The position numbers and the translations under genes were made by a program. Positions 10,244 through 18,441 of a stretch of DNA of 64,000 bases are shown piece after piece; the first letter of the stretch is position 1, and every line of letters starts with the position of its first letter. This DNA comes from an uncultured Gemmatimonadales bacterium (lineage in GTDB: Bacteria > Gemmatimonadota > Gemmatimonadetes > Longimicrobiales > RSA9). Below the pieces are notes generated by a model, which saw nothing but the letters and a program-made list of their open reading frames with translations, made no database searches and had not been told where the DNA came from. The DNA is taken from the NCBI GenBank assembly GCA_963798085.1, contig CAWCRS010000007.1, positions 1-64,000 on the forward strand, given 5' to 3'.

Positions 10244-12844
10244 TCATTCCGCGCGCATCGCGGTGAGCGGGTCCACCCGGCTCGAGCGCCTCGCCGGCAG
10301 CCATGCCGCCAGCAGCGCTGTACCGAGGAGGACCGCCGCGGCGGCGGCGAAGCTCAACCCATCCAGCCGCTGCACACCGTACAGCAGCGTCTGCAGTGCG
10401 CGCGTCGCCACGGTCCCCGACAGAAGACCCAGCGCAATACCCGCGACCGCAACCCACGTCGCACCGCGCACGATGCCGCGCTGCACACGCGCCGGTGAGG
10501 CGCCCAGCGCGACGCGAATGCCGATCTCACGGCGTCGCACCTCCACCGAATACGACAGCACGCCATAGATCCCCGCAGCCGCCAGCAGCAGCGCGATCAG
10601 ACCGAACGCGCTGAGCACGATCATGGCGAAACGCCGGTCCGATGCAGAGCGCACCACCCGCTCTTCCATGGTGCCGAAGTCCACGGGAATGCCGGGCGCG
10701 GTGGTGTGCAGGTGCGTGCGCAGCGCGTCGAACACGCTGCGCGGCGAGGCGGTGGTGCGGACCAGCATGTAGAGCGCGTAGGCCTTGTCGCCCGCCTGTG
10801 CCCAGGGCACGTAGATCTCGTGCTGCGGCCCGTCGTCCGCCCAGTTGCTGGCTTCCGGTACGACGCCGACGACGGTCAGCCACTCCTCTGACAGGTAGTT
10901 AGTGCGCACCCGCTGGCCGATCGCGTCCTGTCCCGGCCAGAGCCGCTCCGCCAGCGGCTGCGTGATCACCGCCACCGGCGGCGTGCCCGCGCGATCCGCG
11001 GGCGTGAACGTGCGACCGCGCAGCACCGTCTGCCGCAGCGTGCTGAAGTAATCCGGTGTTATGACACGGAAACCGGCCAGCGCGGGCCAGTGGTCGCGCG
11101 CGTCCCCGGGCCGCAGCACCGGCCCCGCGACACTGCCCCAGTTCATGGGCAGCATGCTGCCCGAGCCGACTGCCGTCACGCCCGGAATCGCGCGCAGGTC
11201 CGTTTCCATGCGCTCCAGCTGCGCCGGCTCGATGGTCGCGCCCAGTGCGACCGTCACGACATTGTGCGGGTCGAAGCCCGGATCGCGCGACACGATGGAC
11301 TGCATGGTGCGCAGCAGCAACCCCGAGCCGATCACCAGCAGCACGGCCAGCGCGATCTCGAAGCCGATCAGGAAGCGCCACACGGGCGAGCGTCCCTCGA
11401 AGCCGGACGCGTTCGTGCGCGAGCGCAGCGCCCGCAGCGCGCGGGCACTGCCACGCACCGCCGGGTACGCACCTGTCAGAAGCACCGTCAGCGCCAGAAG
11501 CAGCAGCGCGAAGAGGAACACACGCCCGTCCGGCTGCACTTCCTGCAGCCGCGGGATCATGCCCTTACCGACCGTGCGGATCGCGCGCAGCAGCGCGAAC
11601 GCCAGCCCCAGACCGAGCAGCAGCCCGGCGCCGCCCAGCACGCTCGATTCCACCAGCAACTGGCGCACCAGTCGCCAGCGGCGCGCACCCAGCGCCACGC
11701 GCACGGCCAGCTCCCGCGTCCTCGCCGTGCCATGCGCCAGCTGCATGGTGGTCACGTTCGTGCACGCCACCAGCAGCACCAGCACGGATGCGCCTAACAG
11801 CAGGTATAGCAGGCGACGCTGTCGCCCGACCACGTACTCGCGCAGCGGCATCACATCCGCGTCCACCGCCTGCGTTTCCGTGCCGTACTCGCGACGCAGC
11901 ACCTGCGAAATGCGCGTCATGTCCGTGCGCGCATCCGCCAGCGTGCGCCCCGGCGCGAGGCGGCCGATCACTTCGAAGTTGTGCGAGCTGCGGACGGTGC
12001 CCGGCCAGACCTCGTGCGGGAAGTAGATGGACGCGTCCTGCAGGAAGCGGAACCCCGGCGGCATCACCCCGATCACCTGCACCGGATGGCCCCATGCGCG
12101 CAGCGAAATGCTCGCCAGATCGCGGTTCCCGCCCAGCTGCGACTGCCAGAACTCGTACGACACCACCACACTCGTGAACGTCTCCGCGCGGCTCTCCTCC
12201 GGCCGGAACGTCCGCCCCAGCACCGGCCGCACGCCCAGCGTCTCGAAGAAGTCGCGTGACACGCCCATGGTGGTGGCGCGCAACGGCTCACCCGCGCCCT
12301 GCACCGTCTGCGCATAGGGATACTGCACGGACGCCACCGCACTGAATGCACGCGACTGCGCGCGCCAGTCCGTGAAGTTGGGGAACGACGGCGGCAGCAG
12401 CCCGCCATCCTCCGTGCGCTCGCGGATGAACATCAGCGCATCCGCATCGTGATAGGGCAGCGGCTGCAGCAGCACGCGGTCCACCAGCGTGAACGCGACC
12501 GTGGTCGCGCCCAACCCCAGCGCCAGTGTGATGAGCGCGACCTGCGTGTATGCGCGGGTGCGCAGCAGTCCACGAATGGCATGTCGCAGATCCTGCATGA
12601 TGCCCTCGGTTGGGTGTAAGCCTCTCGCCTCGCGGGTCGCGTCGCGTACCCGGTCGATATCGCCGAAACGCACTGCCGTCAGCCGCTCCGCTTCCCGCGG
12701 CGAGGCGCCGCGGCGCAGCTGCCACTCCCGTTCCTGCTCCAGGTGGAACGCGATCTCCTCCCGCAGCGCCCGCTCCTCCGCGCCCCGGCGGAACAGCGCG
12801 CTCAGCCACGCGTGCAGCCGATACCAAACCCGCGCCTCAGGCAT
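10244..12844 (-). CDS. ADOP-family (duplicated MacB/FtsX) ABC permease
   Basis: QDLRHAIRGL, LLVACTNV, RTRELAVRVALGA, RRREIGIRVALGA and PARRSSRVDPLTAMRAE; coupled to padR. Confidence 0.92.
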   Translation of the reverse strand: MPEARVWYRLHAWLSALFRRGAEERALREEIAFHLEQEREWQLRRGASPREAERLTAVRFGDIDRVRDATREARGLHPTEGIMQDLRHAIRGLLRTRAYTQVALITLALGLGATTVAFTLVDRVLLQPLPYHDADALMFIRERTEDGGLLPPSFPNFTDWRAQSRAFSAVASVQYPYAQTVQGAGEPLRATTMGVSRDFFETLGVRPVLGRTFRPEESRAETFTSVVVSYEFWQSQLGGNRDLASISLRAWGHPVQVIGVMPPGFRFLQDASIYFPHEVWPGTVRSSHNFEVIGRLAPGRTLADARTDMTRISQVLRREYGTETQAVDADVMPLREYVVGRQRRLLYLLLGASVLVLLVACTNVTTMQLAHGTARTRELAVRVALGARRWRLVRQLLVESSVLGGAGLLLGLGLAFALLRAIRTVGKGMIPRLQEVQPDGRVFLFALLLLALTVLLTGAYPAVRGSARALRALRSRTNASGFEGRSPVWRFLIGFEIALAVLLVIGSGLLLRTMQSIVSRDPGFDPHNVVTVALGATIEPAQLERMETDLRAIPGVTAVGSGSMLPMNWGSVAGPVLRPGDARDHWPALAGFRVITPDYFSTLRQTVLRGRTFTPADRAGTPPVAVITQPLAERLWPGQDAIGQRVRTNYLSEEWLTVVGVVPEASNWADDGPQHEIYVPWAQAGDKAYALYMLVRTTASPRSVFDALRTHLHTTAPGIPVDFGTMEERVVRSASDRRFAMIVLSAFGLIALLLAAAGIYGVLSYSVEVRRREIGIRVALGASPARVQRGIVRGATWVAVAGIALGLLSGTVATRALQTLLYGVQRLDGLSFAAAAAVLLGTALLAAWLPARRSSRVDPLTAMRAE

Positions 12845-13178
12845 CCTGCAGGCCCTCTAACACATTGTTTACGCCGCGCGAGACCCGCTGCCACCACTCC
12901 ACCTCCCGCTTCAGCTGCTGCCGTCCCGTCGCCGTCAGCGCGTAGTAGCGCGCCCGTCGCCCCTGCTCCGTTCGCTGCCATTTCGCCCCGATCAGCCCCT
13001 GCCGGCGCAGGCGCTGCAGCGCAGGGTAGATCGCACCCTGGTTCACCGCGAACACCTCGCCGGACAACTGCTCAATGCGCTGCGACAGGCCCCAGCCGTG
13101 TTCGGGACCCACCGTCAGCACCTTGAGCACGAGCAGTTCGAGCGTGCCCTGCAGCAGGATTTCGCGCCGTTTCCCCAC
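12837..13178 (-). CDS. PadR-family transcriptional regulator
   Basis: LLQGTLELLVLKVL, HGWGL..I, GAIYPALQRL and RRARYYALT motifs. Confidence 0.95.
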   Translation of the reverse strand: MGKRREILLQGTLELLVLKVLTVGPEHGWGLSQRIEQLSGEVFAVNQGAIYPALQRLRRQGLIGAKWQRTEQGRRARYYALTATGRQQLKREVEWWQRVSRGVNNVLEGLQDA

Positions 13179-13190
13179 CTTGCCTCCGGG

Positions 13191-13213
13191 CTTCTGTCAA
13201 CTGTTGACACAAG
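13191..13213. promoter_or_regulatory. Palindromic operator upstream of padR
   Basis: CTT-C-TGTCAAC-T-GTTGACA-C-AAG inverted repeat, 13 nt upstream of the padR start codon. Confidence 0.7.
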
Positions 13214-13329
13214 TAGGCGGGAAACGGTTGCTTCGCGCAATTGCCTGTGGACGGCAGACGGATAAACGGGGGCGGACTCATGGTTTCTTGGTTTCTGACG
13301 CGATTGACGAGTTCGGGTTGCGTGCACCG

Positions 13330-13735
13330 GTACGTTCGCGCTCCGGGGAAGGCCTACGCGCGTGCGGCGCCCGCGATTGTCAGCGCCATGCAACGCGCTG
13401 GCGTGCGCCGCCTCGTCTTCACTTCCGCGTTCGGCGTGGGTTCCACCTGGCCGGACGCGCCCATGATTCCGCGGGTGCTCATGCGAACCCTCTTGCGGCG
13501 GGTCTACGCGGATAAGGCCGCAGGCGAAGCCGCGATTTTCGCATCGCCTCTCGCCTGGACGGTCGTGTACCCGGCGGGCCTTACCAACGGGCCCCGCACC
13601 GACCGCGCCCGCGTGGGTGAACATCTTCGGCTGAAGGGTTTCCCGCGAGTGTCGCGCGCGGACCTCGCGGCCGTGATGCTACGCCTGCTCGATGATGCGA
13701 GTGTGATCCGCAAGGCACTGCTGGTTGCGAGCTGA
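13330..13735 (+). pseudogene. NAD(P)H-binding oxidoreductase fragment lacking the N-terminal Rossmann motif
   Basis: AMQRAGVRRLVFTSAFG, YADK...E, WTVVYP.GLTNGP and VSRADLA are present; no upstream GxxGxxG. Confidence 0.6.
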
Positions 13736-13782
13736 TTGAGCGGTTCCCGGACCATAACAGACTGACTGGCTGCAGGCGTCGC

Positions 13783-15000
13783 TCATCGTGATTCGCTCAG
13801 GCGGAGCAGTTCGACGGTCTCCAGATCGAGAGAATCGCGCGTCAGCCCCAGCAGAAAATCCGACCCGACCTGCAGCACGTGCAAGGAGCGGGGCAGTGCG
13901 ACATCGGCGATCCAGCGACCCTGCAGGGAGAACACCGTCCACGTGACGTCCGGCCGACCGGGCAGATCGTATTCGGCCACCCACAGGTTCGCGGCGGGGT
14001 CCAGTTCGAACTGACGGTAGGCGGGTGCCCAGGCGGGGAACTGCATCTTCTGAAAGGCCTGCTCCCAGGCTTTGCGCGTCTGCGGATTCGTGGCTGCCTC
14101 GAGTCGCTCCGCAATCGAGGCATCACGAATCGCCGGGGTAACAGCCTGTTTGCGCTCGATCCGCTCGATGACGCGGAGCAGTTGACCGGCAGGCGAGAAG
14201 ACGAGGATGCGGAAGGTCTCGCTGTCGCCGTAGTAGAAACTGCCCGGTCCCGCAGCCGTGATCGCATCGATGACCGAGCCTGCGCTCGGCTTTCAGCATC
14301 TGACCGCGCCACTCGGACGCGTAATACTCGAGACCCGGGAACGTGCCGATCTCGTCCTGTACCGATCCGTCAGCGCCGTAATGATGGAAGTGGTAGGGCA
14401 TGCGCAGGCATCGCCGATCTGCCTCTGCGCCTGATCCACCATTCCAGACCACCCCTCGAACGAGCCATCGGGAAACCGCTTCAGCTCGTTGGCGTCCGGG
14501 TCGACCGGGATCATGCGTGCGAATGTCCGGAGGAATCGAACACGAGCACGCGAGCATGATCGGTGTCCCAGGCGGCGATGGAATCATGAGCCAGCAACCA
14601 GAGACCATAGATGGCGGCCGCGAACTCACCCGGCCCCGATCCGCGCCGGCCGATGCGGCGCACCAACTGTCCGCGCGCATCGTAGAGTCGCAGGTCGCTG
14701 CTTCCCCCATTCGCGATCACGATCATGGTCAGAAAGGCGAGCCGCGCCCTGCACGCGAAACAGCTGCTGCGTGGAGTCCTGGCTGTTTCCGCCAATTACG
14801 ATGGCGGGCATTGAGTCGACGACCCAGTATCCCGCCCGCGCCGGGCGGAGGTTCATGGTGACCTGCACGCCAGCGCTGTCGCGGACGAGTACGGCCGCGC
14901 TCTCCGAACCGCGCGCACAGGCCGCCAGCACCACGATTGCCGCGAGTACCGGCAGCACACGCCAGTTGGGCGGCGGGCTGGAAGACGTCTTGCTAACCAA
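13783..15000 (-). CDS. 6-bladed beta-propeller lipoprotein (frameshifted)
   Basis: Lipobox VVLAAC, VRDSAGV, LYDARGQLVRRIGRRGSGPGEF and C-terminal DPAANLWVAEY..WTVFS, split over several frames. Confidence 0.7.
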
Positions 15001-15269
15001 GTGTCAGACCCGTTACTCGAACACCCCGTGCCGCGACACGATAGTGCGTTCGTTCTGCATGGTATGGCAACCGGCGATGGGACGCGCAACGACCCGCAAG
15101 TTCCTGGAAGACCACGGCGAAAATGCCAACATCATTCTGGCGTCCGCCAGAGCTCCCGGCCCGGAACCATCCACCTCCGCACTCCCGTCCACGGGCACGT
15201 TCCCGTTTCCGCGTCCGCTGAACGTGCGCCCCCCAATGAGCGCGAACATACCCGTACCCGCAACCCCCT

Positions 15270-16187
15270 CTACGCCACACGCGACTGCCCCGCGATATTC
15301 GCCAGCGCCGTGATTTCCGCCGTACTCAACTCGTATCGCTGCGTGCAGAACTCGCACGTGACTTCCGTGAAGCCCTGCTCCCTGTCCGTGTCCAGAATCG
15401 CGCGCAGCTCCTGCTCGCCCAGCAGCATCAGGGCGCGCTCGACGCGCTCAATGGAGCACGGGCAGTAGAAGCGCACGGGCAGGCGGTCGAGCACGGCGAC
15501 GCGGTCACCGAAGATGCGGCGCAGGATCTCCTCGGGCGTGTCGCCACCGCGCAGCATGGAGGTGGGATGCGGCAGGCCGCGGATCGCGTCCTCGATCTCC
15601 GAGGCTGTGCGTTCCGCCACGCCCGGCAGCCGCTGCACAATGTAGCCGCCTGCCGCCACCACTTCACCCGTGCGATTGACGAACACGCCCAGGCCCACGG
15701 CGGAGGGTGTCTGTTCGCTGGTGGTCAGGTAGTGCGCCAGGTCTTCGCCGATCTCGCCGCTGATCAGCTCGACCACGCCCACGTACGGGTGACGCATGCC
15801 CATCTCGCGTGACACCGTGAGCCGGCCGCTGGTGCCCACCACGCCGCTGACATTGAGTTTGCCATTCTCCTTGACCTGCTCGATGCCGGTTTGTGCATTG
15901 CCCACCAGTCCGCGCACGTGGCCGCTGCCGCTGGCCGTGGCCAGCAGGGTGCCCGCCGGTCCATCGCCCAGCACGCGCACACTAACCGCGTGTTCGGCAT
16001 GCTTCAGCATGGCGCCGAAGAGCAGGGCGCCCGTGGCCAGACGGCCCAGGGCCGCCGTGACGGCGGGCTCGGTGTCGTGAATGCGACGCAGCTCGGCCAC
16101 CACGCCGGTGGCATCAATGGCGAACGCGCGCACCAGCCCGTCATGGGCTGTGGCGCGTACCAGGTAGTCTCCGTTCTGTCTGGTCAT
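15270..16187 (-). CDS. hslO: Hsp33 redox-regulated chaperone
   Basis: DYLVRAT, SGEIGEDLAHYLTTSEQTPSAVGLGV and the zinc motif CPCS...CEFC. Confidence 0.95.
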   Translation of the reverse strand: MTRQNGDYLVRATAHDGLVRAFAIDATGVVAELRRIHDTEPAVTAALGRLATGALLFGAMLKHAEHAVSVRVLGDGPAGTLLATASGSGHVRGLVGNAQTGIEQVKENGKLNVSGVVGTSGRLTVSREMGMRHPYVGVVELISGEIGEDLAHYLTTSEQTPSAVGLGVFVNRTGEVVAAGGYIVQRLPGVAERTASEIEDAIRGLPHPTSMLRGGDTPEEILRRIFGDRVAVLDRLPVRFYCPCSIERVERALMLLGEQELRAILDTDREQGFTEVTCEFCTQRYELSTAEITALANIAGQSRVA

Positions 16188-16292
16188 TGCCGCCTCCTGC
16201 TTGCGGGCGGGTGGTGTCACGTCCGGGAACGAAAGCGGCCCCGATCCGCGGGGCCGCAGGGCAGGCGCATGCGCAGCGCGCGCGCTACGCGT

Positions 16293-16673
16293 TCAGATCT
16301 CGTCTTCCGGCGATAGCGGTACGCGCACCAGCGCCAGGATTGCCGCCTGGGGCACGACGAGGTACTTCTCGCCTTCGAAGGTGATCTCGACCGCCGCGCG
16401 CCGGAAGAAAATGGCGTAATCACCAACTCTTGCCTGCACCGGCATGTACTTCGCCTCGCCGCTCGTGATCTTCCACGGCTCCTGGTCCAGCTCGGTGGGT
16501 GCGGAAATCGGGGTGCCCGGTCCTGTCGCCAGGACCTTCCCGCCCTGAACCGCCTGATTGTCCACCGCACTGGGCGGCAGGTACAGGCCGACGTGGCTCC
16601 GATCCTCGCCTTCACCCGGCTGGATCAGAACGCGGTCGCCTACGACGATGAGTTGCTTCTTCTCGAATTCCAT
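16293..16673 (-). CDS. Co-chaperonin GroES-family protein (orphan)
   Basis: VGDRVLI, GLYLP, GKVLATGPG and VGD..EITFEGEKYLVV; start taken at MEFEKK. Confidence 0.85.
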   Translation of the reverse strand: MEFEKKQLIVVGDRVLIQPGEGEDRSHVGLYLPPSAVDNQAVQGGKVLATGPGTPISAPTELDQEPWKITSGEAKYMPVQARVGDYAIFFRRAAVEITFEGEKYLVVPQAAILALVRVPLSPEDEI

Positions 16674-16791
16674 TGCGGTGCCCCGAATATCTTGCAGGCG
16701 ACGATACCGGGCAAGGATCCGTCCCGTTCCACCATTGCAGCGCACCGCCCGCGCACGCACCGTGGCGCAACCTTGTACCACGGGAGGTTCC

Positions 16792-17019
16792 ATGTCCGAG
16801 GAGCAGCAGCGCACGCCCGATCACTACGGCCGCCGCCGCCTTCCATCCGTTCGCGGACCCTACACGTTCCACCTCGACACTGCACTGGTGGAACGCGCTC
16901 GCCGCGAAGTCGGCGAAGGCAATGTCATACGCAGCATCGAAGCCGCCCTCGCCGCCGCCGTCGACTACCAGTTGTGGATCCGCGAAATCTCCTCCGGCCA
17001 CCGCGATCCCACTTCGTAG
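16792..17019 (+). CDS. Small hypothetical protein, possibly ribbon-helix-helix
   Basis: GGGAGG SD, 75 aa, YTFHLDTALVERARR strand-helix pattern. Confidence 0.6.
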   Translation: MSEEQQRTPDHYGRRRLPSVRGPYTFHLDTALVERARREVGEGNVIRSIEAALAAAVDYQLWIREISSGHRDPTS

Positions 17020-17029
17020 GCATCACTCT

Positions 17030-17428
17030 TCACCGCGGCGAGCGCGGAAGGTGCGGAGGTTCGTGCACGTTCATCGTCCACGCGCTCACGAACGAGACGC
17101 GAGTAACATCGTGGGCGGCGCGGGCGGCGCGGGCGGCGCGGGCGGCCGCGAATCACATCCTGCCCCGCCCACGCACGACTCCGATTCCTCTCCGCAGGAT
17201 GATTTTCGAATGAACGGAGAAGAACATGATTTGGACGGATCAAGGGATCACTCGCTCAGCGGCGTCTCCCTGGAAATGCAATGCACGTTGTGACAATGAT
17301 CCGTGATCCGTCCCCCGCGTCCTCAGCCCCTCCTGCAACCTCCGTGTGAAAACAATCCGTTAGTCCGTTCCCTGCGCCCTCCCCGCCCTCCGCGCCCTCC
17401 GCGCCCTCCCCGCCCTCCGCGGTGAGAG
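17030..17428. repeat. REP-like inverted elements built from 9-bp units
   Basis: Left arm caccgcggcgagcgcggaaggtgcggagg is inverted relative to right arm (cgcgccctc/ccgccctcc)n-ccgcggtg; (ggcggcgcg)x3 near 17114. Confidence 0.55.
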
Positions 17429-17448
17429 CGGTGGACCAGGGGTTGAGC

Positions 17449-18441
17449 CTACCTCCGTGACCACCGGATCCCCACGCAATGCAGCACCCCGAACAGCTCG
17501 TAGTTCTGGTACGCGTAGTCGACGGCAATGGGCCCGAGGGTGACACCGCCACCGAACAGGATGGCGCCCTGGCCACCCGAGCCGGCGGCGCCGTTGTAGC
17601 CGACGCGCGCGACCGCGCCCACGCGGGAGCTGGCGCCCGGCAGGAGCCCGGCCTCCACGCCCGCGAGCAGGCCGGCGCCGCCGCCCGAGAACGGCGCGAC
17701 CAGATCGGCGGACAGAATGGCGCCCATGCCGGTGGGTCGCGCCAGTTGCAGCATGCCGCCGACTCTCGCTTCCTTTGGCAGTGCCGCATCGGCAATGCCA
17801 TCGCCGCTCAGCGAGCCCCCAATGTTGCGCAGGGCGGCACCCAGCGTGAGGCTGGACAGCGCGTATTGTGCGCCCACGTCGAGGAACGGCGTGCCGCGGC
17901 CCGTGCCGGCCAGATCGGTCGATACCCAGCCGGCGCTGGCGCCCAGATGGAAGCGGCCGTCGTTGAAGGGCAGTGCGGCGCTGAGCCGGGCCGCGACTTC
18001 CGATGCGCTCACAGTGTTCCCGGTCGGAACCCCTGTCTGGCCGCCAAAATCAGGATCGGGCACGAGCTCCTGGACGCTGCCGTAGTCGAGGTAGATGGCG
18101 CTCGCGCCCACCACCAGCCGGCCGACGCGCACCGCGCCGGCGCCACTGGCAACACCAATGTTTTCGACGTGCTGCTGGTAGCTGAACGAGAATGCGCCCA
18201 GCAGACTCGCCGCGCCCGCCGGATTGTAGAACAGAACGTCGGCGTCGCCGGTCGCCCCGACATAGGCGCCGGACAGCGCTGCTGCACGGCCGCCCGCCAG
18301 CAGCTGCAGCACCGTGGCGCCCGTGGTGCCCGCGCCCTGCGCGGCCACCCGGCTCACGGGTATCAAACACGCTGTCAGTGCGGCCAGCGCCGCCGCCCGC
18401 CCGCGCAGGATGCTGCGCGCGATGCCTCTGCTGCGATTCAT
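17449..18441 (-). CDS. PorV/PorQ-family outer-membrane beta-barrel
   Basis: Own GGAG SD, ATG and signal peptide; GGRAAALSGAY..A.GDA..LFYNPAG motif; amphipathic strands ending DYAYQNY.LFG.LH..GIRW. Confidence 0.75.
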   Translation of the reverse strand: MNRSRGIARSILRGRAAALAALTACLIPVSRVAAQGAGTTGATVLQLLAGGRAAALSGAYVGATGDADVLFYNPAGAASLLGAFSFSYQQHVENIGVASGAGAVRVGRLVVGASAIYLDYGSVQELVPDPDFGGQTGVPTGNTVSASEVAARLSAALPFNDGRFHLGASAGWVSTDLAGTGRGTPFLDVGAQYALSSLTLGAALRNIGGSLSGDGIADAALPKEARVGGMLQLARPTGMGAILSADLVAPFSGGGAGLLAGVEAGLLPGASSRVGAVARVGYNGAAGSGGQGAILFGGGVTLGPIAVDYAYQNYELFGVLHCVGIRWSRR

